A stretch of 64,000 bases of DNA from the NCBI GenBank assembly GCA_963705705.1, contig CAVPKK010000005.1, positions 231,363-295,362 on the forward strand. The letters are read 5' to 3'. Each line of letters opens with the position of its first letter. Within the stretch, counting starts at the first letter, position 1. Origin of the DNA: an uncultured bacterium (GTDB lineage Bacteria > Babelota > Babeliae > Babelales > JABCYS01). The translations under genes and the position numbers were made by a program. The notes beneath the pieces were generated by a model that was given only the letters and a program-made list of their open reading frames with translations, was not told the origin of the DNA and did not search any database. This document shows, piece by piece, positions 9,651 through 20,166 of the stretch.

Positions 9651-9765
9651 AGGGTCCGTTCGCTTTACCCCACGTTCACCCTACTAGGGAACCCGAACTT
9701 GGGGGCCCCGGAATTTCCCTATAACCCCTCCCTTTTCCTCAGAGGGAGTCACTCCCTCTGACACC
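9651..9765. repeat. GC-rich composite palindromic element (REP/MITE-like)
   Basis: Perfect hairpin CAGAGGGAGT-C-ACTCCCTCTG plus CCCCACGTTC...GAACTTGGGG arms. Confidence 0.4.
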
Positions 9766-9886
9766 CATTATTATGGTTATTTAAATCAATTTTGATCAAA
9801 ATAATATAGCTCTGAACACAAATCCTTGCATTTCGGTTTGCGAGTATGCCAAAATAGGGTATGAGAATAATAAAAAGGGGAGAGAT

Positions 9887-10105
9887 ATGCTTACAAGATG
9901 GTTCCATAACCTGAGCCCATTGGCACAAGGCAATATAATATTATTAATCGGTGCACTTTTACTGCTGAATGCATTTCATTTGGTGATTGGGCTTAATATT
10001 ATAATTATTCTAGCAGCGATGTGTTTGATCTGGATTGGTTTTGTTCAAGCAGGCTACTTGCAGTGGATTAAAAATCATATCCATACTATTCGAAGCAAAA
10101 AGTAA
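9887..10105 (+). CDS. Small two-TM membrane protein
   Basis: GGGGAG RBS; two hydrophobic helices; TTGCAT-N18-CAAAAT upstream. Confidence 0.7.
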   Translation: MLTRWFHNLSPLAQGNIILLIGALLLLNAFHLVIGLNIIIILAAMCLIWIGFVQAGYLQWIKNHIHTIRSKK

Positions 10106-10118
10106 GCCTTTTAAATAA

Positions 10119-10991
10119 TTATTCATCAAATGAACGTTCGGGTTCGGAGTAGAAGTTATATAGGTAATAGCCGCTAATTCCTACACCCACAACTATTGCT
10201 GGAATGGCCCAGGATTTATTCTTTGGCCACCAGCTTTTTTTATGCGCGCCGAATTCAGATGAATCTGTACTAGCACGATTAGAAGAATTTGAAGCTTTAG
10301 CAGGATTACCAGGAACTGTATCGGTGGGATCGCTAAGAGCAGCATCAGCAAGCCGCGAATTAGCCACATCGTTGTATTTTTCTTCTGCGTTGAGATGGAT
10401 CACGGGCGCTGAAATTGGTGAAGGTTCTGGAGGCCATTCCTGCACCTGTTCTTTATTCTGCTTTTTTTCTTTGTGTTTGGATTTAGTGCGTACTGGTTTA
10501 TTAACCGCTGGCGTCGATTTTTTCAATTCCCGATCCACGGCGATGGCTTTGAAGAGCAATCGTTGCTCAATTAGAAGCTGATTTTGTAATAGCGCAAAAT
10601 CCGGTTCAAAATGATTAGCAAGTACAGAGCCACGAAGTTCTGGTGGTTTGCCCGCAAGTTGCCTTTCTAGCGTTTCAAGACCCCACTCAGATGGTTTGTA
10701 ATCTTTATATTTATTTTTGATTTCGGTTATTCGCCTGCGTAGATTGTCGATTAATGCAAATCGTTCTGGATATTGAGTGCGATAGGCAACGAGCCGGTTG
10801 CAAAAATATTCACCCTGAAGCTGAGCCATAGCATCCCTAATTTTTTGACGATGCTCGCTTGGTATATCATCTAATACATGTGCTGGGGAGGATGCAGCTG
10901 CTTTTGCTGGCGCCGATGTAGCTGTGAGATTTGATTGGTTAATGATGGAAATAAAAAACAGGATATAAAAATATTGTTTCATACAGCTCAA
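10119..10991 (-). CDS. Hypothetical exported protein with C-terminal TM anchor
   Basis: Signal-like N-terminus (start may be MKQYF), helical middle, WAIPAIVVGVGISGYYLY. Confidence 0.65.
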   Translation of the reverse strand: MSCMKQYFYILFFISIINQSNLTATSAPAKAAASSPAHVLDDIPSEHRQKIRDAMAQLQGEYFCNRLVAYRTQYPERFALIDNLRRRITEIKNKYKDYKPSEWGLETLERQLAGKPPELRGSVLANHFEPDFALLQNQLLIEQRLLFKAIAVDRELKKSTPAVNKPVRTKSKHKEKKQNKEQVQEWPPEPSPISAPVIHLNAEEKYNDVANSRLADAALSDPTDTVPGNPAKASNSSNRASTDSSEFGAHKKSWWPKNKSWAIPAIVVGVGISGYYLYNFYSEPERSFDE

Positions 10992-10999
10992 CTAAATTG

Positions 11000-11022
11000 C
11001 GCGCTTATTCAGGATGAGCGCG
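11000..11022 (-). repeat. REP-like palindrome, truncated copy
   Basis: Minus strand CGCGCTCATCCTGAATAAGCGCG. Confidence 0.45.
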
Positions 11023-11107
11023 ATCTTTTTTCTCACTGTCAGTTTACAACACACATATAATGCGCGATCAAACCAGTAAGGTATTCGAAATATTATTTTA
11101 ATGAAGC

Positions 11108-14100
11108 TTACGAGCCGCCCATTTTGATAATCACGGCCGGAGATACAATCTCAATGCCGCGATCTTTGAGTGCTTTGGCCAATGCAAAACGAATATCAGA
11201 GGCGATATCATGCTGGTGCGGCACATTGTCGACGCTCAGGTATGGGCGGATTAAGAAATTGTATCCTTCTTCACCGAAGTCTTCTAATCGAACGACTGGG
11301 CGTGGGTTTTTAAGTACATTAATATGCGCGTCCAAAACGCGTTGAATAATCGTACGTACTTCTGCAGGATCTGCCGTATAAGATACCCCTACATAAATAT
11401 CCGGCGTAGCAATAAAGCTCCGGCTATAGCTCCAATTCGTAATATTACCCGCCACGATCTTAGAGTTGGGTACAATCACCGTCACTGAATTTTTTACGCG
11501 TACAATGGTTGAGCGTGGTGTTATTTTACGAACGGTGCCATTCAGCTTATCATCCAAGCTCACATAGTCGCCAATCTTAAATGGTCGTTGCACGAGCAAA
11601 ATGAAATATGAGATAAAGTCATTCAGGTATTCGCGTGCTGAGATAAACAAACCGAAAGCAAGCGAACCAAGCAAGACCAATACCGCGTAACCGAGCCCAA
11701 AGCGCACAAAGCCGGTCATAATTACTGATATCACAATAAGATAATAGGTGAAAGTAGAAACTGCATGTTGCACGCCAGGATCGACAATGAGCAAATCAAA
11801 CATGTAGCGCAAAACAAATTGATTCGCGGCAGATGCAACTACGAAGCTTCCTACGATGAAGGCAAGCAACTGTAGAATAGAAAGTGGTGTTACATCATGC
11901 TGCTCGGTGGTTGTTGAATAATAGGAGCCGAGTTTGGTATTAAGTAGATCATACAGATCATTCAATGTAAGTGGGTACTGCCAAATTTTTGCGCCAATCA
12001 AAATCGCGAGAAATAGCACGAAAACAAAACTTACAATGGCAAATACACCATACAGAGATTGCGCGTACGGGAATCGCTCCTGTGGCGCTTCACCTTCATA
12101 TGAAGTAAAGAAAACATAGGAAGCTAAACGACGAGAAAACTCATTCAGTAAAAATATGCCGCGTACCAGTAGGATCGTGCCAATCGTGCCCCAAAGGAAG
12201 TAGGAAACATATTTGCCAAATCCAATATGTGGTTCGCTCAATATGATAATAGCAACGAGGAATGCAAAGACAGTATTAAAATGTTCTTTAACCTGCGTTG
12301 AAAGCCATGTAGTAATCGGCCCCTTCTGCGGAATAAGTTCAAGAATATCTTCTTTGCGAATGAGCGAAATAAGCACCAACCGCGCAATGATTGAATACAG
12401 TGCGAGCAAAATAATTGATAGTTCCGACTTAGTGTAAGCCAGCATAATTGCTTCGCGCAGGAAGAAGATGATGCAGGTTGCATATAATAAAACGCGTACA
12501 ACCCAAAAAAGGCGTTCGACCGTTTGGCTGCTTACAAAGAGCTCATCATGTGTTGCATTATAAGCAATAAAATGGCTCATAAAGCGAGAGCTCAACCACA
12601 ATGAAATGCCAACGGAAACAAAGTAAAACAAAATACGCGGGAATGAATCTGGTATTACATCGAAACGAAGTAGCCCATAGAAGAACGCCCAAGCGAAAAT
12701 CAAATTAAAATGCAGGCGTATAAAAAAGAAAATACATGCCAAGGCGCGGCCCGATAAGAAGAGCCCAGTTCCCACGCTGCGCGTAACCGATTCAAGGCCA
12801 CGATCGAGTAATGGAATCAATCCTCTCAGAAATACATAGAGCGCAAAAAGGGCGAGCAATTTAAGGAACAGCCAGAAAAAACCAATAAAACCTAGCGACG
12901 AAGCTTTATGTGCAATAGAAGAAGGAAGCTGTTTAATGTAGGCAACTCCTAATTCCCACACCTCATTTTTGAGATTATTCAGATCAGAAAAAACGTGCGT
13001 TACGCCTTGCCATGAGATTGCGTGCGGTGCTCGAAAACCTGTTCCGTTGAGCTCATTGAGAATTATTTGGACATGATGTTTTTGATTATTGCGCAACTGG
13101 ATAATGGTGGAATAGGTATCAATGATAGTTCTATTGAGTGATGTTTGCGCCTCAATATATCGCTCGGCAATGCGTAATCTGTTTAACGCCTCGAGATAAT
13201 CGTGCTCGTGCCCTTTGAATAAGTTGCGATGCTCACTAATTTTATCCAAACGGCGCTTAATACTATCGAGCGATCTTTTTTGTAAATTTACATAGCTGCT
13301 GACTAAACTGCTTTTTTCTTTAAGCGTCGCAATTTCGCGTTCCGCTGCGCGCAGAGGTTCTTGGTATTTATATATCTCCTCTTCAACCTCAGCCTCTGAT
13401 CTAAAACGATGCATGGTCAACTTGTGCCATGATTCAACCATATCAACAGCAGTTTGCTCACGATCAAATTTTGCATCAGCAAGTTGGATTTGGGCATTGA
13501 CGTGTTCAATCATCTTATCAAGCCGAACGATTTGTTCCTTGAGATTGACCAATGCAGACAGGGCAAGTAATCCCTCGCGTGTCACGGGTTCAAGAGGCAT
13601 CTCGTCCAAATCGCGTATATCGCTGATAGTTACACCAAGCTCGTGGGCGTATTTTTCAAATTGGGCTTTGCGCTGTTCTTTTTCTGCCTCTAATGTTTTC
13701 CGCTCACTATACAGTTGATCTTTTTGCTCGAGATGCGCGCGCCGCTTCTTTTCCAAATCAGCACGCTGGACTTCCACATCAGCCGCGGCCACGCGAAGGC
13801 CTTCTTTGATACTGACGCGTTGGTCTTCGAGCACCTTGCGTTTGGCGCGTTGGACAAGCAGTTTAGTATCAAGCAGACCAATTTTGCGTTTGTTTTCAAG
13901 AATTTGCTGTTTTATAAGTTCAACTTTTTGGGTGAGCAATCGCACATGAAGTTCAAGCGATTCAGCTTGTTGGCTTGAGGTCATACCAGCCATTGGTCCA
14001 AAGAGGGTTCCCCCTTCTCTATTGGACAAAAATTCCTTGAATTCGCGATCACGGACTTTAAGGTCACGTTCTAACTGCTCTTGCTGGTGTTGCTGGTTTT

Positions 14101-14674
14101 CCAAATCGGCTAGGATATTGTTTCGTTGTTCTTCAACGTGGACGATCGACTCTTGCTCATCGGCAAGTTTCTGGCTTATTTGTTGAAGATTATCGAATGA
14201 GTAAAAGGATCTTGCGTCAATGGAGAGGGAAGTAAAGGTAGGATCCTTGAGATACTCTTCGAGCAACTTAATTTGCTGCTCAAGAGTAAGCGCAACCTGC
14301 TTGCGGGCAAGTTGCATATCAATGAGCGTTTGTTGCAACTCATTGAGTAAGGCTAATTTACGTTGTAAAAACTCATCCGTATGCTCACGTAACCGATCTT
14401 TAATTAATGCGATTTGTTGATGTGTTTTTTCAAGCTGTGCTTTAAGTAGATCATCAATTTTTGCTCGCGCTTGGTCGAGCTCACTTTTTTCAGCTTTTAA
14501 ACGTTCAAGATAATTTTCCTGATCTTCGCCAAAGCTTACATAAAGGCTGCGGCCTTGGTCGACCTGTGATTTAAACCAACCAAGTGGATCCAATACGCCG
14601 CCGGCCTGTAGGGATACAGATAGAAATGGGATGACGAGTAGCAATTTTCGTATGAGCATCATGTCCACCACCAT
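11108..14674 (-). CDS. mscS: Large MscS-family mechanosensitive channel (MscK-like) with periplasmic coiled coil
   Basis: RPFKIGDYV, GTVRKITPRST, IVPNSKI, NWS, VGVSY motifs; many TMs; long coiled coil. Confidence 0.85.
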   Translation of the reverse strand: MVVDMMLIRKLLLVIPFLSVSLQAGGVLDPLGWFKSQVDQGRSLYVSFGEDQENYLERLKAEKSELDQARAKIDDLLKAQLEKTHQQIALIKDRLREHTDEFLQRKLALLNELQQTLIDMQLARKQVALTLEQQIKLLEEYLKDPTFTSLSIDARSFYSFDNLQQISQKLADEQESIVHVEEQRNNILADLENQQHQQEQLERDLKVRDREFKEFLSNREGGTLFGPMAGMTSSQQAESLELHVRLLTQKVELIKQQILENKRKIGLLDTKLLVQRAKRKVLEDQRVSIKEGLRVAAADVEVQRADLEKKRRAHLEQKDQLYSERKTLEAEKEQRKAQFEKYAHELGVTISDIRDLDEMPLEPVTREGLLALSALVNLKEQIVRLDKMIEHVNAQIQLADAKFDREQTAVDMVESWHKLTMHRFRSEAEVEEEIYKYQEPLRAAEREIATLKEKSSLVSSYVNLQKRSLDSIKRRLDKISEHRNLFKGHEHDYLEALNRLRIAERYIEAQTSLNRTIIDTYSTIIQLRNNQKHHVQIILNELNGTGFRAPHAISWQGVTHVFSDLNNLKNEVWELGVAYIKQLPSSIAHKASSLGFIGFFWLFLKLLALFALYVFLRGLIPLLDRGLESVTRSVGTGLFLSGRALACIFFFIRLHFNLIFAWAFFYGLLRFDVIPDSFPRILFYFVSVGISLWLSSRFMSHFIAYNATHDELFVSSQTVERLFWVVRVLLYATCIIFFLREAIMLAYTKSELSIILLALYSIIARLVLISLIRKEDILELIPQKGPITTWLSTQVKEHFNTVFAFLVAIIILSEPHIGFGKYVSYFLWGTIGTILLVRGIFLLNEFSRRLASYVFFTSYEGEAPQERFPYAQSLYGVFAIVSFVFVLFLAILIGAKIWQYPLTLNDLYDLLNTKLGSYYSTTTEQHDVTPLSILQLLAFIVGSFVVASAANQFVLRYMFDLLIVDPGVQHAVSTFTYYLIVISVIMTGFVRFGLGYAVLVLLGSLAFGLFISAREYLNDFISYFILLVQRPFKIGDYVSLDDKLNGTVRKITPRSTIVRVKNSVTVIVPNSKIVAGNITNWSYSRSFIATPDIYVGVSYTADPAEVRTIIQRVLDAHINVLKNPRPVVRLEDFGEEGYNFLIRPYLSVDNVPHQHDIASDIRFALAKALKDRGIEIVSPAVIIKMGGS

Positions 14675-14761
14675 TATGAGGGTTCTTGTAGCGCTACAAA
14701 ATACACCATTTCGGCCGAAAATACGAACGCCGACTGACGAAATACTATGAGAAAGATGGGA

Positions 14762-16489
14762 TTAACCTGGTCCGGTCTTCTCTTCTTGACTGTTATGTCT
14801 CAGGCGGAGCTGTGAAGTGGCCTCTGGATTATCTGGCAAGGCCAAAATTCGCTCACACAATGCAGGTGGTGGCGCGTGCTGGAGTGTTATATAAGCTCTA
14901 ACAATAGGTGCCAAGACCGGTGGTAAATGCATATTAAGCTCAGCTTCAACGCCGGGCATAATTTGGTGTTCGTGAACAAATTGTCTGAGTCGAATAATAA
15001 AATTCTCAAGTGGGTTTTCCCCTGGTAATTCAGCAAAATCTTCTACCCGTTCAAGCATGGATCTTCTCATATGATGTACTATAGACGTATCTCGAGCATC
15101 AATTGAATATAAGATGCCCAGCTTTTCGCCACAGGTATGCCATTCAACGAACTTCTGTGCCTGCTCATGGATATCCGTTTGAGGTTCCCAATGAAGCGAA
15201 TAGTGCGCGAACTCTCTGGCGATAGCGGCAAATAAATCAGCCGATCCATAACGCATAACCTCGAACAGTAATTTTGTTATTGAAAACAAATGGATTTTAC
15301 TTTGCTCGGAATGAAACTGCCCATTTTTTGGGATTATGGCTATGTAAGCTTGTGTTAATTTTTGAGCGATAGCCAAATAGTTCTCGCGTTTTGGTTCATC
15401 TATGCCTAAAGCTACAAATAATGGATAGGCATGATCTGCAGTCTTAAGATCTGAGCACAGTGTGAGTTTGAATAAAGCTGTTCTAATGATCTGGGCAACT
15501 AATTCAGGTTCATGTTTAGCAACAAGGGATTTTACTAGCTGTTCAACGATATTGGAATTGCCGGCCAGTATTGCACATGAAAGAGCATCGAACTTTCTGA
15601 AGAATTTTGTAACTAGTGGATCATTCCATTTAAATATTTTGATCAACGATAGATCACCTTCAGGCATAAATTTTGATCCTGAGTCAAACGTCTCTCTGAG
15701 AAGACGCGCAGAGAAGTTGATGAGGTTGATTTGATGGGTATCATCAACCATCCAAGGTGCTATATCTGAAGTCGCCGTTATATCAGCTTGTTTGCCGAGT
15801 AATAGCTCAACTAAATTCTCGTTGCGTTGAGCAGACGCTCTCATCAATGGCGTAAGCCCATGAATCTGATAGTCCACGCGGCTCTGCATTTCCTCATGCG
15901 AATATTTCTTTCCCGAACCAGATGTAACAGTCATTTGCTCTGTAGCATCATTGAGGTCCGACCATGTACGATGCCGTGATTCATTAAGCTCATTAATATT
16001 TTCAAAAACCTGGATTACTGTATTTAGTACATCCTGCTGGCTCTGAAAGATAGAAAATAGTCTTCGTTTATCCCGCGCATTGATGCATTGAGGATATTTT
16101 TCAAAAAACTTTGCAATTTCTTCAATAGGAGCTTGCGCATCAATTGTATCGAATAACCGGCGCACTATTTTATTATGAGTCCATCCAATCACTATGTCCT
16201 GCGCATCTGTCGATTCTTCTGATACGGTATGGACGATGAATATTCCTGCGTTTCGGGTTACTATCTTGCTTATAATTTTCTTGAGATCTTCCCATTGCTC
16301 TGGCGAAGCTGCTATATCTTCAGACTCTGGTTCTTTGAACTCGCGCTCTTTCCGTTCCATATTCTGCTGAGCCGGTACGCTTTCAGTTGCCTGAGATGAT
16401 GCGGTATTATTGACATTGCTAGGCACTTCAGACGATGCCAAGGCAAGCAAAGGGGAAAGTAATAAGGTAATCGCTAATTGCTTAATCAT
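14762..16489 (-). CDS. Array paralog G1 (subfamily II), secreted ankyrin-like protein
   Basis: MIKQL signal; ankyrin GLTPLMRASAQRN; CGEKLGIL; HLPPVLAPIVRAY. Confidence 0.8.
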   Translation of the reverse strand: MIKQLAITLLLSPLLALASSEVPSNVNNTASSQATESVPAQQNMERKEREFKEPESEDIAASPEQWEDLKKIISKIVTRNAGIFIVHTVSEESTDAQDIVIGWTHNKIVRRLFDTIDAQAPIEEIAKFFEKYPQCINARDKRRLFSIFQSQQDVLNTVIQVFENINELNESRHRTWSDLNDATEQMTVTSGSGKKYSHEEMQSRVDYQIHGLTPLMRASAQRNENLVELLLGKQADITATSDIAPWMVDDTHQINLINFSARLLRETFDSGSKFMPEGDLSLIKIFKWNDPLVTKFFRKFDALSCAILAGNSNIVEQLVKSLVAKHEPELVAQIIRTALFKLTLCSDLKTADHAYPLFVALGIDEPKRENYLAIAQKLTQAYIAIIPKNGQFHSEQSKIHLFSITKLLFEVMRYGSADLFAAIAREFAHYSLHWEPQTDIHEQAQKFVEWHTCGEKLGILYSIDARDTSIVHHMRRSMLERVEDFAELPGENPLENFIIRLRQFVHEHQIMPGVEAELNMHLPPVLAPIVRAYITLQHAPPPALCERILALPDNPEATSQLRLRHNSQEEKTGPG

Positions 16490-16515
16490 GTTGATCTCCG
16501 GTTGCTTGGTTAATC

Positions 16516-18228
16516 TTATTGCTTCTTGTCGTTTTTCTCGCGGTGAAGTTCAAGCTGCGCAACAGCTTCAGGACTTTCTTGCCAGCTCAAGATGTGGTCA
16601 CATATTGATGGATGAGGTGCATGATGGAGAGTAATATAATCTCTGACGATAGATGACAGGTCCCGAGGAAAATATGTATTAATCTCATCCAGAACTATCG
16701 GCATTATCTGATGTTCACGAACAAACTGTTGTAGGCGTGCAAGAAAGGCGCTATTTTTGGGCGCAGCTGCAAGCAGGCTCCTTCTTATTATGGACAGCAG
16801 AGACTGCTTTTCGGCATCTATTGTGAATAAGATACCAAGTTTTTCTCCGCAGAGATGTCCATCAACAAACTTGCCTGGTGTTTCAGCTTCATCTGCCATG
16901 ACGTCCGGGTGAAGATCACAATGCGCAAGTTCTTGGGCAATTACTTCAAACATCTCAGGTGAACCATGGGTCATGACCTTAACGAATAAATTTAATATCT
17001 CTTTGTGCGCTTTAATTTCATATAAGTTTTGCAACACAATGTCATTCCTGCATTTTGGCATAGCCTCTATGAAGGCTCTTGTTAATTTTCGAGCAATCGG
17101 CAAGTAATTTTCACGTTTCGGCTCAACTATCTCTAATGAAGCCAATAAACCACGGGCACAATCTGCGGTCGCAGGATCGGAGAAAGCCGTAAGTTTTAGA
17201 AGCGCATTTTTAATGATCTCAACAACTTTTTTACCTTCGTGATCAGCGATAAGCTGTTTTAACAAGCGATCAACAATATTCGAATGGCCAGCGAGCGCTG
17301 CCAATGTAAGCGCATCATGACGCTCAAAGAAGAGAGCTGAAATGTTCGCAACAGTATTCGAAACTCCTCCTTCATGCTCCTCTTCAATGCGATATCCATT
17401 AACAGTATCCCTCAAATAACGAGCAAATAGATCTTTGAGCTTAATACGAACTTCAGAGGGAGCGCCATTAAATTTGAATGCTTCATCTTTGGCCATCCAA
17501 GGAACCAAATTAGTTGTCGTCCAGAAGTTGGTTTCATTGCCAAGCAAAAATTCTAGTAATTCTTCATTCCCTTGCGCCGATACTTTCATTAAAGCTGTAA
17601 CACCATGCAATGCATAGTTTAAACGTGACCCGACTTCTTTTCGTGTGTATTTGCGCGTGCCTAAGGTGACAGTCTTTTGCGACGCTAAATTAATTGCATC
17701 ATGGTTTAGGGGATTAAATTCGGGATTTTGATTGAATTGTGCCTTGGTCAATTCTAGATCTTGCTTTAGTGCGCTTACCACTTCCTGTTGCGTTTGAAAA
17801 ATTGAATATAATGCGCGGTGATCGCGCGCATCAATTCCTTTTGGAAGTCTTTTAAAGAGTTTGATGATCTCTGCGTTAGGTGCTTGAGCATCAATTGCTT
17901 GAAAAATATGACGTGTAATTTTGTTGTTAGGCCATCGGTTTACTAATCCTTCTAACAATTCAGCTATTGTTGCTTCAATCTCAGCTTGTGAGGCGAGATC
18001 GTCAGGGGCGAATAGAGCCGCCACTTCGCGTGCAATGTTCTTCAGTTCTTCCAATTCTTGAGGAGAAGCTTGGACATCATCAGGCTCAGTTTCTTTGGAT
18101 TCATGCTCTTTCGGTTCAACACTTTGTGGAACCGGGCTGCTGGAATGCGTATTTTCCCCTGGTACTTGTGACGTTGCAAAGGCAAGAAAGGGGCTGATGG
18201 ATAGGATAATTGTCAGTTGCTTAATCAT
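16516..18228 (-). CDS. Array paralog G2 (subfamily II)
   Basis: GGAG RBS + MIKQL; GVTALMKVSAQGN; CGEKLGIL; YFPRDLSSIVRDY. Confidence 0.8.
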   Translation of the reverse strand: MIKQLTIILSISPFLAFATSQVPGENTHSSSPVPQSVEPKEHESKETEPDDVQASPQELEELKNIAREVAALFAPDDLASQAEIEATIAELLEGLVNRWPNNKITRHIFQAIDAQAPNAEIIKLFKRLPKGIDARDHRALYSIFQTQQEVVSALKQDLELTKAQFNQNPEFNPLNHDAINLASQKTVTLGTRKYTRKEVGSRLNYALHGVTALMKVSAQGNEELLEFLLGNETNFWTTTNLVPWMAKDEAFKFNGAPSEVRIKLKDLFARYLRDTVNGYRIEEEHEGGVSNTVANISALFFERHDALTLAALAGHSNIVDRLLKQLIADHEGKKVVEIIKNALLKLTAFSDPATADCARGLLASLEIVEPKRENYLPIARKLTRAFIEAMPKCRNDIVLQNLYEIKAHKEILNLFVKVMTHGSPEMFEVIAQELAHCDLHPDVMADEAETPGKFVDGHLCGEKLGILFTIDAEKQSLLSIIRRSLLAAAPKNSAFLARLQQFVREHQIMPIVLDEINTYFPRDLSSIVRDYITLHHAPHPSICDHILSWQESPEAVAQLELHREKNDKKQ

Positions 18229-18253
18229 GTTGTGCTCCATTTGAATGTTTAGT

Positions 18254-20143
18254 TTATTGTTGTTTCTTCTCATCTTTGCTGCGCCGTGAAATGGCCTCAG
18301 CGTTTGAATCGGGATTCTGCACAACTCGAACCGGCAACCGCATAGGGCAGCAGGCTGGCCGTTCCATCTCAGTTCTCCAGGCCAAGATGTGGTTACATCG
18401 TTCGGGCCTTGGCGCGCGGCTCAATGTAAGGTATTCGCTAACGATAGGAACTAAGACCGGCGGCAGGTATTTATTAAGTTCTTCTGTTACCTGCGGCATT
18501 ATCTGATGTTCACGAACAAATTGTTGCAACCGGGCAACGAACTCATTGTTTCCAGGCTCGTATGCAAGATCATTAGCTCGTTTAAGCATGAGATGTGCCA
18601 TAGCATGTACCACTGACCCTTCCTTAGCATTAATGGATTCCAGGATACCGAGTTTTTCGCCGCAAATATGATGATCTACAAAATTTCGTGCTCGATCTGG
18701 AGCAGGTATTAGAATAGGCTTATAAGGTGGAAAATGCGCGAGCTCTTGTGCGATAACTTCAAACATTTCCGGCGATCCAAAACTCATGGCATCTAAGAAT
18801 AACTCTACAATATGGGATGGAATTAATTGATCATACTGTGAGGTAATATCTATATAAGCTCTTATTAATTTTTGAGCTATAACCAAGTAGTTTTCGCGTT
18901 TTGGGTCAACTATGCCTAATGATGCAAATAACTCTCGGGCGCATTCTGCTGTGGCCGAATCTGAAAGTTTTATTATTTTTTGTAAAGCTTTCCTAATTAT
19001 TTTGCCAACTTCTTCAGGGTTTGATCCAGATTTATTAACAAGGTGATTTTTCAATCGCTCAACGACATCAGGATTGCCAGCAAGAGTTGCAATTGAAAGT
19101 GCATCGAAATTAACAAAGAATTCAAAAAGCGGCTTGAGCATCAAGGCCTTAGCCAAGGGTATCTCTTCCGGTAGTTCATTTACAGGAGTTACAAGAACTA
19201 CGGTTGGCGAAAAATCTCGAGTCATATTTCTCAAGAAACTTCTGAGGTTGATATGAGCATTATCATCGACCATCCAACCGTTTATACCGGTAATGTCAAA
19301 AATGTCTGCTTGCTTGCTTAATAGAAATTCTAATAATGTCTCATTGCCTTGTGCAGATGCTCTCATCAATGGGGTGATACCCTGCATCGACCCGATAATA
19401 CCATCGTACATTTTTCCAAATGGTCTAAACAATGGTGTAGAGCCATGCAGAGACCGTATAATACCATCATGCATTTTTGCAAATGGATTGCCTTCTTCAG
19501 ATGCTCTCATACACAATGTAATACCATGCACAGACCATATAATACGATTGTGCATTTTCCCACGTGAGACTAATGCTTTGAAGGCTGGCGCTATAACCTC
19601 CCTAAAATAACTCTCCATCACCGGATCATTAAAAAATCGTGTCCTATAAGCATTTACAAAGATGAGCGCACCCATTATTTCTTGCTCATTTTTAAAAATG
19701 GAAAATATTTTGCGATGATCGCGTGCATTAAGGCAGTAAGGAAACTGCTCAACCAGCTTGGTGATCTCTTCAATTGCGGCTTGTGTATCAATTGCTTCAA
19801 ATAATCGACGTGTAACTTTATTATGAGTCCATCTTGTTACAAAATCTTTAGCTTCTGAAATTCTTTCTTCTTTAGTTCTTTGGGGCATTGGAGTAGTTTT
19901 TGCTATTAGGTGTATAAAATTTTTGAGATCTTCCCATTGCTCTGGGGTTGCTGCTATATCTTCAAACTCTCGTTCTTTGGACTCGCGTTCTTTCCTCTCA
20001 ACATTTTGCTGAATCCGGATCGGCGTGTTTACAGTAGCCTGAGATACTGAGGGCTTATTAGTACTGCTGCTAGGTATTTCGGAGGATGACCAGGCAAGCA
20101 AGGGACTGAATATTAGAGTGAGAGTTAGCTGTTTATTAATCAT
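18254..20143 (-). CDS. Array paralog G3 (subfamily II) with triplicated ankyrin start
   Basis: GITPLMRASAQGN; CGEKLGIL; YLPPVLVPIVSEY. Confidence 0.8.
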   Translation of the reverse strand: MINKQLTLTLIFSPLLAWSSSEIPSSSTNKPSVSQATVNTPIRIQQNVERKERESKEREFEDIAATPEQWEDLKNFIHLIAKTTPMPQRTKEERISEAKDFVTRWTHNKVTRRLFEAIDTQAAIEEITKLVEQFPYCLNARDHRKIFSIFKNEQEIMGALIFVNAYRTRFFNDPVMESYFREVIAPAFKALVSRGKMHNRIIWSVHGITLCMRASEEGNPFAKMHDGIIRSLHGSTPLFRPFGKMYDGIIGSMQGITPLMRASAQGNETLLEFLLSKQADIFDITGINGWMVDDNAHINLRSFLRNMTRDFSPTVVLVTPVNELPEEIPLAKALMLKPLFEFFVNFDALSIATLAGNPDVVERLKNHLVNKSGSNPEEVGKIIRKALQKIIKLSDSATAECARELFASLGIVDPKRENYLVIAQKLIRAYIDITSQYDQLIPSHIVELFLDAMSFGSPEMFEVIAQELAHFPPYKPILIPAPDRARNFVDHHICGEKLGILESINAKEGSVVHAMAHLMLKRANDLAYEPGNNEFVARLQQFVREHQIMPQVTEELNKYLPPVLVPIVSEYLTLSRAPRPERCNHILAWRTEMERPACCPMRLPVRVVQNPDSNAEAISRRSKDEKKQQ

Positions 20144-20166
20144 AATGTTCTCCAATTTTGTTTGGA

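Noticed and set aside
18229..18324. Long N-terminal extensions of array genes (e.g. G2, G12, MExxM starts)
   Set aside because: The upstream ATGGAG is the RBS; the conserved signal peptide begins at MIKQ/MIK
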